The position numbers and the translations under genes are program-made. From an uncultured delta proteobacterium (GTDB taxonomy: Bacteria > Desulfobacterota > Binatia > UBA9968): a stretch of DNA of 64,000 nt. Positions 53,867-64,000 of this stretch are shown here, piece after piece. The stretch's first letter is position 1. Each line of letters starts with the position of its first letter. The DNA is taken from the NCBI GenBank assembly GCA_963745835.1, contig CAVUZH010000024.1, positions 192,001-256,000 of the forward strand, given 5' to 3'. The notes beneath the pieces were generated by a model, which did not search any database, was not told where the DNA came from, and saw nothing but the letters and a program-made list of their open reading frames with translations.

Positions 53867-54898
53867 TCAGCTCTTCCTTGCTATCAATACGGAGTCGGGG
53901 TCGAAGGATAACGGGCTCGAGCGAAACGGTCCTTTGATGCCCGAGAATCCCGCCGCGCGGAGCCAGCCATGCACTTCATCCAGAGCGTAACAACGCCCAT
54001 GGGGTGTGTGCAAAAAAAGCGCAACGGAAAAAAGCGCGCCCCAGTCAGGATTTGTTCCAGCCCGGTTCATCAAAACATCGCGTAATACAATCCGCCCGCT
54101 CTGGTTTAGACAGCGATAAGCGCTTCTTAGCAATGCGCGATTTTCCCTTGCGCCCTGTCCGTGAAGGACATTGGAAATGAGTACTAAATCGAATCCGCGC
54201 GGCAACGGCTCTTTCGCGATATCGAGGCCCATGACCTGCACCCGTTTTGCGATCTTTGCGTTCTTGACCGCACGAGAGGTAAAACTAACCACCCTGGGGT
54301 GTTCCACGATGATCGCCCGCAGATGAGGGGATCGGCGGCAACACGCAATCGTGAAGCTCCCAAGACCTCCGCCGACATCGAGGAGAGTTTTCGAGCGGCT
54401 TAATGGTAGCCGCGCCATCAGGTAAGGCGCAATTTTCCGGGCGTCCTTATCAAGCGATTGAAGCAGCCGTTCGGTCTGCTCTCGCTTGGAAAAAAAAGGC
54501 TGGGCGACTTTCGGCCGCTTTCCACCCGTCAGAGAATCAGGCAGCCTTCCCCAAACATTCCAGGCATCATACTCGGAGAGCAGAAAAGATCCGTTGCCAG
54601 AGCACAGGTAACGCATCGCGAAAGGGGAATTCTCATAACTTAGTGCCCGCTTTCGGAGTAATCCCATTGCGGACAACGCATCGAAAAAAATCTTCCATCC
54701 TTCCCGAGTTCCACCAAAATGGTTAGTTGCCGCTCTTGCGTTCCTGCCCCTATTTCCAAGCCAATCAAAGATCTGCAAGTGAACCGCGGTGCCCAGGATA
54801 CGCGCTTGCCAATAACTGCCTGCGATGCGGAGCTTCCGAGGAGTCCATTGTTTGTAGCGCATGGCTCGCCTAATGCGCAGCTTCTCAGGATTGAGCAT
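53867..54898 (-). CDS. Class I SAM-dependent O-methyltransferase (dimerisation plus methyltransferase domain)
   Basis: LLDVGGGLG, FDLVLISNVLH and N-terminal HTH-like dimerisation region; start 54898 or 54862. Confidence 0.85.
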   Translation of the reverse strand: MLNPEKLRIRRAMRYKQWTPRKLRIAGSYWQARILGTAVHLQIFDWLGNRGRNARAATNHFGGTREGWKIFFDALSAMGLLRKRALSYENSPFAMRYLCSGNGSFLLSEYDAWNVWGRLPDSLTGGKRPKVAQPFFSKREQTERLLQSLDKDARKIAPYLMARLPLSRSKTLLDVGGGLGSFTIACCRRSPHLRAIIVEHPRVVSFTSRAVKNAKIAKRVQVMGLDIAKEPLPRGFDLVLISNVLHGQGARENRALLRSAYRCLNQSGRIVLRDVLMNRAGTNPDWGALFSVALFLHTPHGRCYALDEVHGWLRAAGFSGIKGPFRSSPLSFDPDSVLIARKS

Positions 54899-55928
54899 CA
54901 CTCGCGATCCGCCGGTAGAGCCCTTCATAGCCTTCCACCATCTGTTCCACCGAAAAATTATCTTGAACCCAGGCCCTGCAGCGCCTTCGATCCAGGCTGT
55001 CGATCCGGTGGATCGCTTCAACCATTTCGTCCTCGGTGCACACCAGATATCCGCTCTCACCGTGTTTCACCAGCTCTGGCATGGAACCGCGCGGGTAGGC
55101 TAAGACCGGAGTTCCAGCCGCCATTGCCTCGGCCACTGCCAGCCCAAACGGCTCCTCCCACTGGGGCGGAAAAAGAAACCCTTTGGCTCGACCGACCAGT
55201 TGCATGAGTTGCTCATGCGGCAACCGTTCGATATGTCTGACTGTGTCTCCGTCAATATGAGGTTGAATCTCTTTCGAGAAATATTGTTCGCTCCAGGGCA
55301 GATGGGACGTGGTCTGGCCGACAATTAACAGGCGGGCATCGGCTCTTCTAGCGATCCGGATGGCCTCGGCGATGCCTTTTCCGGGCGTCATTCGCCCGAC
55401 CGCGATAAAAAAACCCTCCGGCTCATTGTTGAAAGGTATTCTTTCCAGGTCGATGCCGTTATAGATCACCGGCAATGATTCGTCCCCGAGCATCCTGGCT
55501 TGCGCCCGGCTGATGCAAACAGGGAAGCAGCGCGGGAAGTGATTCCGATAGTATTCGTGGAGCTCTTTCTCAATATAGGCATAGGTAATCAGCGTGGGCG
55601 TCTTTGAAAAACACGAGAAATAAGGGGCGACCGTAGGCCAGTGGGCGTGAATGATTTCGAAGCGGTCAGCCTGGCGGTAGAGGTTATGGGTGTTGCGCGT
55701 CTCAAATTCTTTTTCCAGATAGAAAGTCGACTGAGGGTCGTCTTCACTTGCCACGGGCAGCACGGATTGCAGGGGACAATCGACCTTGGAGTCTCCGGAA
55801 GCAAACAATTCAACCTGATGCCCGCGTCTGGTGAGGTGCTGACAGAGGTCAAAAACAATTCGTTCCGTTCCGCCGTGAGTCTTCGGTGGGATTGAAAGAT
55901 AAATGCTGGAGATCTGAGCGATCTTCAT
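54885..55928 (-). CDS. Glycosyltransferase family 4
   Basis: [22 protein letters not shown] and [17 protein letters not shown] motifs. Confidence 0.92.
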   Translation of the reverse strand: MKIAQISSIYLSIPPKTHGGTERIVFDLCQHLTRRGHQVELFASGDSKVDCPLQSVLPVASEDDPQSTFYLEKEFETRNTHNLYRQADRFEIIHAHWPTVAPYFSCFSKTPTLITYAYIEKELHEYYRNHFPRCFPVCISRAQARMLGDESLPVIYNGIDLERIPFNNEPEGFFIAVGRMTPGKGIAEAIRIARRADARLLIVGQTTSHLPWSEQYFSKEIQPHIDGDTVRHIERLPHEQLMQLVGRAKGFLFPPQWEEPFGLAVAEAMAAGTPVLAYPRGSMPELVKHGESGYLVCTEDEMVEAIHRIDSLDRRRCRAWVQDNFSVEQMVEGYEGLYRRIASDAQS

Positions 55929-55997
55929 ACCGCTATGAAACCATCCAAATTGTTTTGCCGTTCACGAAAACTAAACTCATCGCACTTGCGTCCGTGG

Positions 55998-56025
55998 TTG
56001 ACATTCCAAGCCAAACTTCGATACT
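55998..56025 (+). promoter_or_regulatory. Sigma70-like promoter TTGACA-N16-GATACT 8 nt before the asnS ATG
   Basis: Perfect -35; no SD before ATG 56034. Confidence 0.55.
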
Positions 56026-56033
56026 CCCCGTGT

Positions 56034-57425
56034 ATGGATCAACAATCAGTCAGCGTCAAGCAAGCTTTTACTCTGCCGGTGGGCGTCTCCATTACGCTGC
56101 GAGGCTGGGTTCGTTCCCGTCGCGATTCCAAAGGCATCACTTTCATAGAGCTCAATGATGGTTCGCGTTTCAAGAGCATACAAGTGGTCGTCGACAGCGG
56201 CGCCCTTCCCGACGAGACCCTGAAACAAGTAACCACTGGCAGCAGCATCGAGACGACGGGCGTGTTGGTCCAGTCGCCGGCCAAAGGCCAGGCAGTGGAG
56301 CTCAAAGTCTCACAAATTCATGTCTACGGCAGCGCCGATCCCGCCACTTATCCATTGCAAAAAAAAGGGCACACGCTCGAGTTTCTCCGCGAGATTTCCC
56401 ACCTGCGTGTGCGCAGCAATACCTTCGGGGCGGCTTTTCGCGTGCGCAATGCGCTGACTCACGCAATCCACAGTTTCTTTCAAGAAAGAGATTTCATTTA
56501 CGTCCAAACGCCGATCATCACGATCTCGGATTGCGAGGGCGCCGGACAGATGTTCAACGTTACCGCGCTCAACATGCACCAACCGCCGCGTACCGCTCAC
56601 GGCAAAGTCGACTGGCAGCAAGATTTTTTCGGCCGTCCTGCCTATCTCACCGTCAGCGGTCAGCTCGAAGCCGAAATATTTGCGCTGGCGTTTTCCAAAG
56701 TTTATACCTTTGGCCCGACGTTTCGCGCCGAAAACAGCAATACGCCGCGCCATCTGGCGGAGTTTTGGATGATCGAGCCTGAGATGGCTTTTTACGAGCT
56801 CCCGGACAACATGCGCCTGGCCGAGGAATTCCTTAAATACATTATTCGCTATGTGCTGGATCATTGCCGTGAAGATCTGGAGTTCTTCAACGAACGCATC
56901 GAGAAAGCCGTCTTGAGCACGCTCGAACACGTGGCCGAATCCAGCTTCGGACATATCACCTATACCGACGCCGTGCAGGAGTTGAAAAACTCCGGCCGGG
57001 CCTGGGAGTTCCCGGTTGATTGGGGTCATGATCTGCAAACCGAGCACGAGCGCTTTCTCTCCGAAGAGATTTTCAAGAAGCCGGTGATCGTCACCGACTA
57101 CCCCAAAGACATCAAACCCTTCTATATGCGAGTCAATGATGACGACCGCACAGTGCGCGCCATGGACGTGCTGGTTCCGCGTGTCGGCGAAATCATCGGT
57201 GGCAGCCAACGCGAAGAACGATACGATGTGCTGTTGCAACGTCTCCGCGCCAGCGGTCTCGATGAGAAAGCGTACTGGTGGTATCTCGATCTGCGGAGAT
57301 TCGGCTCCGTCCCTCACTCCGGCTTCGGCCTCGGACTGGAGCGCATCATGATGTATCTCACTGGTCTGAAAAACATCCGCGATGTCATTCCGTTCCCGCG
57401 GACGCCCGGCAACGCGGATTTTTAA
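56034..57425 (+). CDS. asnS: Asparagine--tRNA ligase
   Basis: [42 protein letters not shown] and GFGLGLER motifs. Confidence 0.97.
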   Translation: MDQQSVSVKQAFTLPVGVSITLRGWVRSRRDSKGITFIELNDGSRFKSIQVVVDSGALPDETLKQVTTGSSIETTGVLVQSPAKGQAVELKVSQIHVYGSADPATYPLQKKGHTLEFLREISHLRVRSNTFGAAFRVRNALTHAIHSFFQERDFIYVQTPIITISDCEGAGQMFNVTALNMHQPPRTAHGKVDWQQDFFGRPAYLTVSGQLEAEIFALAFSKVYTFGPTFRAENSNTPRHLAEFWMIEPEMAFYELPDNMRLAEEFLKYIIRYVLDHCREDLEFFNERIEKAVLSTLEHVAESSFGHITYTDAVQELKNSGRAWEFPVDWGHDLQTEHERFLSEEIFKKPVIVTDYPKDIKPFYMRVNDDDRTVRAMDVLVPRVGEIIGGSQREERYDVLLQRLRASGLDEKAYWWYLDLRRFGSVPHSGFGLGLERIMMYLTGLKNIRDVIPFPRTPGNADF

Positions 57426-57492
57426 TTATTCAACGAAAGCGCGTCTTAGAACGGCTGATTCCCGGGAAAAAGCCAGTTCCCGCAGCAAAATC

Positions 57493-59337
57493 CTAGTTGG
57501 CGGGCAACATCTCGGTGCGGGTTTTTGTATCGACATCCGAGATAAGCTGGCGCAAGTTGGTGATCTGATCGCGAGTCTGCAGCAAAGTTGACCCCACCAC
57601 GCCTAAGTCGTCCGTTGGCGACCCTCCATCTTCATCAAGCTCCCTGAGACCCCATCGGCCGATGACAATCTTGAGATCGGGAAAGGACGCGCGCAGGCGC
57701 TTCGATAGATAGCGAACCTGAACCAACGCATCGGGGGCGACGGCTGCAACACAAACGAGAGCTGGATTGCCTTCGCTCACCCGTGCTATTACTTCCGCGG
57801 CCAAAGCAGACGCCGAAAGGACGTCCATTGAACAATTTTTTGAAACCAATAGCTGGCGAAGCATCAAAAGGGCGACCTCATCGGCCTCGCCATGCGCCGG
57901 GCAGCCGATGATCTTTATTCTTGGTAGCGGGTCGGTAGTGACTGACGCTGTTGCCCCATCTCCGGATACCGTGCATTGCTGAAGGTCGGCTCCGGCAATC
58001 TCGATAACCTCGCGCATCGCTTTGAACAAGAAGATCTCCTCATGATCGGTTAGATTGTTACGCCGGCGATCCTCCTTGGCATAACTCAACGCTGGCATAA
58101 GCAATTCATCATAGACCCGTTCGGGTTCATGATTTTTGAAATATTGCTGCAGGATTTCGATCGCCTCGGCCTGATCCATGGCTAACAAGCGTTGGTAAAA
58201 ACTGACTTGCATTTCCATCGCCGGCTCGTCGCTCAACAGCACCTGGACAAAATCAAGCTGGGGAACGTGCTTGGCAAAAACGAGCAGGCAGACGGTCAAC
58301 GGTGTTGCCAGAAGAAGTCCTACCGGTCCCCACAACCAGGTCCAGAACGCGATCATCATCAGCAGCGGCACCGGCGACACTCCGATACTTCTGCCGTACA
58401 GCAACGGCTCGAGTAGCATGTTGATGATGGTTTTCAAGACCAAAAACAGTCCAACAACCAGCAACGGCCACCACCAATCGGTGAAAACCCCCATACTCAT
58501 AATCGTCGGCAGTGCCGCCGCCGTCCAAAATCCGATGACTGGTATAAACAGCAATGGAACGGATAAGAACCCCCAGAGAAAGGCGTAGGGGAGACCGATT
58601 AGAAAAAGCGCGACGGATATGATGATGCCAAAGCAGCCGTTGATGGTAATCTGCATCACCAAATAACGACTGATACGCTGGCCAGCCTCCTCCAGCGCTT
58701 TAGTCGTAACCGTCAAGTGCGCGTAACCTACCAGCCGAATCAACCGATTGCGCAGGTCTTCGCGTTGAGCAAGCATAAATATCAGCAAGCCCAACACCAG
58801 CGTGGCGCTGGCGATCGGTTGAATCAAAGGTCCTAAATAAAGCGAGCGCCAGGAAACCGTCGGTTCAGCTTGAACGATAATCGGCCGCCGGTTGTTAGCC
58901 GCCCGAGAAGCTTCACCCTGCTCGATTTCATCTTTAACCTCGTCGACAGTTTCCTGCACCTGCTCCAACACGCCGCCTTTTCCCATGCCCCGTAAATCCC
59001 GGACCTTCTGGCGAATGTTCTGTCGATACTTGGGCAGTTCTTCAGCAAGGCTCGTGACTTGGGAAACCGTGGCCCAGCCAATCATCGCCAGCACAGCAAA
59101 AGTAAGAGCGATAACGATGGTAACCGACGTCCCGCGTCCGAGCCCTGCCTGCTGGATTCTGGTGACGATGGGGCTTAGCAAAAAAGTCAACAGAATTGCC
59201 AAGGCAAACGGGATCAGCACCGCTTGCGCCCAGTAGAAACCAACAATCACCAGCACAGTTACAGCAACAGTGAAAGGGTTTACCCTACCAACAGAGCGGC
59301 TAATGCGGCTTGTTACAATCAAACGATCTTCCGGCAA
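57493..59337 (-). CDS. AI-2E family transporter with C-terminal soluble extension
   Basis: Multiple TM helices; REDLRNRLIRL, ISRYL and FWTWLWGPVGLLLATPLTVCL motifs; TTG start. Confidence 0.88.
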   Translation of the reverse strand: MPEDRLIVTSRISRSVGRVNPFTVAVTVLVIVGFYWAQAVLIPFALAILLTFLLSPIVTRIQQAGLGRGTSVTIVIALTFAVLAMIGWATVSQVTSLAEELPKYRQNIRQKVRDLRGMGKGGVLEQVQETVDEVKDEIEQGEASRAANNRRPIIVQAEPTVSWRSLYLGPLIQPIASATLVLGLLIFMLAQREDLRNRLIRLVGYAHLTVTTKALEEAGQRISRYLVMQITINGCFGIIISVALFLIGLPYAFLWGFLSVPLLFIPVIGFWTAAALPTIMSMGVFTDWWWPLLVVGLFLVLKTIINMLLEPLLYGRSIGVSPVPLLMMIAFWTWLWGPVGLLLATPLTVCLLVFAKHVPQLDFVQVLLSDEPAMEMQVSFYQRLLAMDQAEAIEILQQYFKNHEPERVYDELLMPALSYAKEDRRRNNLTDHEEIFLFKAMREVIEIAGADLQQCTVSGDGATASVTTDPLPRIKIIGCPAHGEADEVALLMLRQLLVSKNCSMDVLSASALAAEVIARVSEGNPALVCVAAVAPDALVQVRYLSKRLRASFPDLKIVIGRWGLRELDEDGGSPTDDLGVVGSTLLQTRDQITNLRQLISDVDTKTRTEMLPAN

Positions 59338-59513
59338 TTTGTTCCCTTCCGCTGGCGGCTAAGTGTCTGAACCAGGTATCTCAGCGCGCTGTTTAGTCCG
59401 AGTATACTCAACGAGATACGAGAAAGTAGGTACCTATTTCCGTCTATTCCGCATTATCCGGATCGTGAATCTGTTATCAACTATAAAGAACGAGACAATC
59501 AACGGAGCATGGC

Positions 59514-60683
59514 CTACACCGCCCTGAGCGCCTGAATGATATTCAACCGCGATGCTCGCAGCGCGGGCAAGAAGCCGCCGATCAGACCCATGAGCAGGGA
59601 AAACCCCAGCGACGTTGCGATGATCGAAGGCGACAGCGCGAAAGAGAAAGCAAGCTCAGAGAACGAACCGAAGTTCAGCGTCGAAATGCTGAAAAACTGC
59701 AATAAGGAAGCTAAACCCAAACCGGCTATACCACCTGCCAAAGACAAGACGAAAGATTCGCCCAAAAAGGCCAGCAGAATGCTGCGGCGAAAAAATCCTA
59801 AAGCCCGCAACGTGCCGATTTCCACGGTTCGATTAGCCACGGCGCCATACATGGTGATCATCGCGCCGATGGTCGCTCCGGTGCTGAAAATAACGGTCAC
59901 AAAGATACCGAGGATTCGAATGAACTTGGCCATCATCTCGGATTGTTCTTCGAAAAATTTCTTCTCACGTTTCGCGGCGAAATATTGCAACCGGTTGTCC
60001 GATTCGAATGCCGCCGCAATTTCCGAAAGATCGTCGGGCTGTTTTAGCCTCATCGTGACCGTCGAAAACGATGAGCGCTTGAACGCATCCATGATTTGAT
60101 TGCTGTCACCCCAAGCCTCCGACTCAAAACCACTGCCGTCAGCCTCGAAAATACCGACCACCGTCCAGAGATCGCCGCCGAACTTCATATTCTCGCCAAT
60201 CTGCGCTCCGGCGAATCGATGGGTGATGCCGGCGCCGACGATGACTTCACGTGCGCCCCAGCGAAACATCCGCCCTTGGACGATTTTTACCTGCGGCCGC
60301 AGTGGGAACGCAGCCGATTCGACGCCCCGCACAATTACGTTGCTGATTCCCGGTGCGCCGATCTTGTTGAGATTGATGATCACAACGGCTTCCTTGGAGC
60401 TCATCGGCCGCCCATCGGCAAAGCTTGCGACCTCGGGCATGTTGCTGATGATACCCGCCGCGTCTCGATCGAGAATGCTCATGATTTCGCTCATGGCCGC
60501 CTTGCGCGCCACAATCAGATTATCATCCGAACCGGTAGAGCGAAGCGTCTTCTCGACGCCGTTGGCCATCATCAAGACGGCGGTGAAAACGAAAACCACC
60601 AAGGCAATGCCGAGCATCGTGATCACCGTGGTCAAGCGGCGCGACGAAGAACTGCGCAGAATGTATTTAAGCGGAATCTGCAT
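59514..60683 (-). CDS. ABC transporter permease (MacB/FtsX family)
   Basis: Four-TM topology; RTVEIGTLRALGF and GGFLPALRA motifs. Confidence 0.9.
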   Translation of the reverse strand: MQIPLKYILRSSSSRRLTTVITMLGIALVVFVFTAVLMMANGVEKTLRSTGSDDNLIVARKAAMSEIMSILDRDAAGIISNMPEVASFADGRPMSSKEAVVIINLNKIGAPGISNVIVRGVESAAFPLRPQVKIVQGRMFRWGAREVIVGAGITHRFAGAQIGENMKFGGDLWTVVGIFEADGSGFESEAWGDSNQIMDAFKRSSFSTVTMRLKQPDDLSEIAAAFESDNRLQYFAAKREKKFFEEQSEMMAKFIRILGIFVTVIFSTGATIGAMITMYGAVANRTVEIGTLRALGFFRRSILLAFLGESFVLSLAGGIAGLGLASLLQFFSISTLNFGSFSELAFSFALSPSIIATSLGFSLLMGLIGGFLPALRASRLNIIQALRAV

Positions 60684-61844
60684 CTATCCGACGTGCCTGA
60701 GACCTTCGACGATGCGCGTGCTCAAAACCCGCCGCAAAGGTATCAGCGAGGCTGCCAGGCCTACGAGGAGAGCGGAAACACAACCCAGGGCGATAGTCTC
60801 CGGCTTGATATAAAAAACCGGGAACCAGCCTTTGGGCAGCGCCGTTTGAAATCCCTCCACTGCCGGCACCGTGACCAGCAGTCCGAGAGCGCTGCCCAGC
60901 GTAGAGAGTATTAAAGCTTCCCCGGCAATAAGAAAAAACAACTGTCCGGCGGAAAAGCCAAGCGCTTTGAGCACGGCGAATTCGTGCGTTCGTTCGCGTG
61001 CCGACATCACCATGGTATTGGCCAGGACTAGCAGGATAATCCCGATGATGACAAAAGACATGATATTCATGGCGGTGATGACCGCACTGGCTGCCGATAA
61101 AAAACTCTGTTGAAAGGCCCGCTCGGTCTCCGTCTTGGTCTCGGCGCGCGAATTGGCAAACAACTGATCGATCTCTTGCGAGATCGCCGCAGAGCCGTCC
61201 GGATCATCGATGCGCACGATGTACCAACCGATCTCTCCCGATCGCTGCGGCATGTCCTGACGCACTCTTTCCTCCAGGTATTTATAGTGAAACATCATGC
61301 TCGCCGGATCGGTGGTCTGATCCTTGGGCTGGTAAATGCCGCGGACGACGAACTCCCACTGTCCGGGATAGACGTCTCCCTCGATGAGCATGATGTCGCC
61401 CAGGTCGAGATTATAGCGGCGCGCGATATCGACACCGAGGATGCAGGCATTGCGCTCCCGTTTGAAAGCTTCGAACTGTTCGCGTTCGACAACGAACTCG
61501 GGATAAACATCGAAAAACGTTTCGGAGTCCACCGCCAAACGAGCAAAAAACTGGTTTTTGTCGATATAGACGCCGGAGAACCAACTCGCGTAAGTGACTT
61601 TGTTGACGCCGCGCACCTGAGCGATGCGGTCTCGATATGCCAGCGGCAAAGGAAAAACGAATGACACGGCGTGCCGGGTGATCAACCGATTTGCCGCCGA
61701 CGCTTCGACCCCCGCGTGCCACGCCGTCACCACGGTTCGCAAGAGCGCAAATGCCATGACGGCGACGCCGATTCCCGTCAACGTCAAAAAACCGCGTAGC
61801 TTGTGACGCAGCGTGTTGCGGAGGAGAAGCTTGAGAAGTTCCAC
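60684..61844 (-). CDS. ABC transporter permease (MacB/FtsX family)
   Basis: [15 protein letters not shown] motif; large periplasmic loop. Confidence 0.9.
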   Translation of the reverse strand: MELLKLLLRNTLRHKLRGFLTLTGIGVAVMAFALLRTVVTAWHAGVEASAANRLITRHAVSFVFPLPLAYRDRIAQVRGVNKVTYASWFSGVYIDKNQFFARLAVDSETFFDVYPEFVVEREQFEAFKRERNACILGVDIARRYNLDLGDIMLIEGDVYPGQWEFVVRGIYQPKDQTTDPASMMFHYKYLEERVRQDMPQRSGEIGWYIVRIDDPDGSAAISQEIDQLFANSRAETKTETERAFQQSFLSAASAVITAMNIMSFVIIGIILLVLANTMVMSARERTHEFAVLKALGFSAGQLFFLIAGEALILSTLGSALGLLVTVPAVEGFQTALPKGWFPVFYIKPETIALGCVSALLVGLAASLIPLRRVLSTRIVEGLRHVG

Positions 61845-61853
61845 TACTTTTTC

Positions 61854-62529
61854 CTACGCCAACTCGCCCTTATCTAAATTCCGCACCGAGCGCGCGCGCT
61901 CGGCTGCGCGCGGATCATGGGTGACCATAAGAATCGTCTTGTTAAGCTCGCGGTTCAATCGATGCATCAGTTCCAGCACCTCTTCGGCCGAGACCTTATC
62001 GAGATCGCCGGTCGGCTCATCGGCAACCAGGATCGCCGGGTCCGTCGCGATCGCTCGAGCGATGGCGACGCGCTGTTCCTGGCCACCGGAAAGTTGGCGT
62101 GGATAGTGATGCATACGCTCGCCGAGACCCACAACCTCTAATGCAGTTTCGCGCATGACTGCGCCGTTCCTTCCGAGAAAGCGGGGTCAGAATCAGCGGC
62201 AGCTCGACATTCTCCAACGCGGTGAGCACGGGTATGAGGTTGTAGAACTGAAATATGAACCCGATATTGTGCGAGCGCCACACAGCCAATTCGGTTTCGC
62301 TCAATTCGGTAATATCGGTATCGGCGATCAGGATTTTGCCCGAGGTTGGCTTATCGATGCCGGCGATCAGATTCAACAGAGTGGTTTTGCCCGAGCCTGA
62401 CGGCCCCATGAAGGCCAGGAAGTCTCCCTCTGCAATCTTAAGCGAGATATTGCGGAGAACCGGAATTTCCAGGCTGTCACGCTGGTAGGACTTGAACAAA
62501 TCGACAATTTCGATGAGCGCAGATTCCAT
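61854..62529 (-). CDS. ABC transporter ATP-binding protein (LolD/MacB-type); apparent +1 frameshift near 62151
   Basis: GPSGSGKT and FQFYNL in one frame; [14 protein letters not shown] and VTHD in the next. Confidence 0.9.
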
Positions 62530-62545
62530 GGGTGCATTGCGAAAA

Positions 62546-63753
62546 CTACGGTCCCTTTACGGCAACTTTCGCGCCCGCTTCGATCCGATCATCAACCTTG
62601 GCGATGATCTTGTCGCCCTCTTTGATGCCGCTCTTGATTTCAATCAGGGCACCGAGCTTTTGACCTGTGCTCACCGGCACTTCAACGGCGCGATCGTCTC
62701 TGATTTGGTAGATGACCGCGCGTCCGGTGCGAGTGGCCACTGCCGCTTCAGGGACGGTGAGCAGCAGCTTGTGATCCGCGCTGTCCGCTTTGTAACCGAT
62801 AGCGAGGAAGCTGATTTTTGCGCTCATCTCCGGCAGAACCCGCTGGTCATATTCTTTAAACTTGATCTTCACCAAGACAGTTGCCTTGGCTTCGATCCGC
62901 GGTGGGAACAATCTTCGTGACATATCCCGGATATCGTTGCTGTGGGTAGGCGTCGAGGGTAATTTCGCACTGCTGTTCCGGCGCGACCCGGGTAATGTTG
63001 GCCTCGGACACGTCGGCATCGACTTCCAGAGACGACATGTCAGCGATGGTGACCACCGCCGCCTTCGAACTGGCCGCGCCCGCCAGCGGCGCGACGATCT
63101 CGCCGACATCGGCATTCTTCTTCAGAACCGTGCCATCGAAGGGCGCAATGATCCGGGTATTATCGACAGCGACTTCGGCTTCCTTCAGCGCAAATCTCGC
63201 AACATCAATAGATGCCACGACTCGTTTGTAACGGGCCTCAGCGACATCGTACTCGGCCTGCGCTATCAAGCCCTGCTTGAGGAGTATACGCATACGCTCG
63301 TATGAGGTTTTTGCATCGTACAGATCGGCTTCGGCAACGAGCAGACTTTGTCGAGCGCTTTCGCGCGCGGCAGCCACGTCGGCATCTTCCAGCCGGGCGA
63401 TGAGCTGGCCCTTTTTGACCTGGTCACCCTCTTCTACGTTCAGGAGCACTAAACGTCCGGTACCCTTGGAGGCGACTGCTGCCTTGCGGCGCGCCACCAC
63501 GTAACCGCTCGCGGTCAATACCGATTTAGTCTGAGACGGTGAGGTTAGTGCGGCGGTCGCCAGTTGGACTTCGACTGCAGGATCGAACAGATCTTTGAGA
63601 AACATGATGGCCGCCGCCAACGACAAGAGCCATAACTAAACCAATCAGAATCTTACGTCTTGTTCTCGATTTACGCGGCGACTTCCCATGCTGAAACGAG
63701 CGGTCTATTCTCAACGATGCTAGATCAAGGTCTTTCGTAGCCATTTTAAACAT
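62546..63753 (-). CDS. Efflux periplasmic adaptor subunit; apparent +1 frameshifts near 63617 and 62889
   Basis: ASGYVVARRKA, IAPFDG, ADVSE, VPTADR and LPEMS across three frames. Confidence 0.87.
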
Positions 63754-63817
63754 TTACAGTAAGCCGATCGAATCAGCGTTTTTCAACCCGACCATCAGAT
63801 GGTAAGAACAGCGGGAG

Positions 63818-64000
63818 ATGAGCAGCACGACCACTTGGGACCCCGCCACTTATGCCCGCGACGCGCGATTCGTCGCCAAATCTGGGTGAGCCGCTTATAG
63901 ATCTACTTGCGCCGACGAGCGGCGAGATCATCATGGATCTGGGTTGCGGCGACGGCGCTTTGACGGAAAAAATCCCTGAGGGAGTCAGCTGTCGTTGGCA
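63818..64000 (+). CDS. N-terminus of a class I SAM-dependent methyltransferase (Tam-like); apparent +1 frameshift near 63879; runs to the window edge
   Basis: Manual translation MSSTTTWDPATYARDARFVA / LGEPLIDLLAPTSGEIIMDLGCGDGALTEKI; GGGAG SD. Confidence 0.75.

Noticed and set aside
56310-57317. Long antisense ORFs (for example 335 aa opposite asnS, 278 aa opposite serA)
   Set aside because: Typical antisense open frames of GC-biased coding sequence with no recognisable motifs.

Overview
Gene-dense bacterial chromosomal window of moderately high GC. The many orphan NMT1/THI5-like and Bug/TctC solute-binding proteins suggest a Deltaproteobacteria-type lineage such as Candidatus Binatia (inference only). 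Core content: PPi-type phosphofructokinase with two GAPDH paralogues and a CBS protein; uvrB, uvrC and comEC; an ECF sigma / anti-sigma / periplasmic protein trio upstream of a MacAB-outer-membrane-factor pump; a MASE1 hybrid histidine kinase; class V aminotransferase-serA-purA; ggt; an AddB-AddA-exonuclease cluster with a nearby ATP-dependent ligase; msrB; asnS; and a second ABC exporter. Non-coding highlights read from the sequence: (1) a clear ZMP/ZTP (pfl) riboswitch with overlapping terminator in front of the serine-synthesis/purA operon; (2) three intergenic elements made of 8-9 nt period GTTC(A/C)A arrays facing inverted T(T/G)GAAC arrays, two of which begin with a perfect palindrome over the upstream stop codon and together bracket a small Cys-rich tail-anchored gene; (3) -10 boxes 7-8 nt before the ATG of uvrB, uvrC, the ligase, asnS and one hypothetical gene, suggesting leaderless mRNAs. 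Thirteen frameshifts (12 net +1) in otherwise intact genes are most likely assembly errors. I found no rRNA, tRNA, CRISPR array, transposase or integrase by eye.
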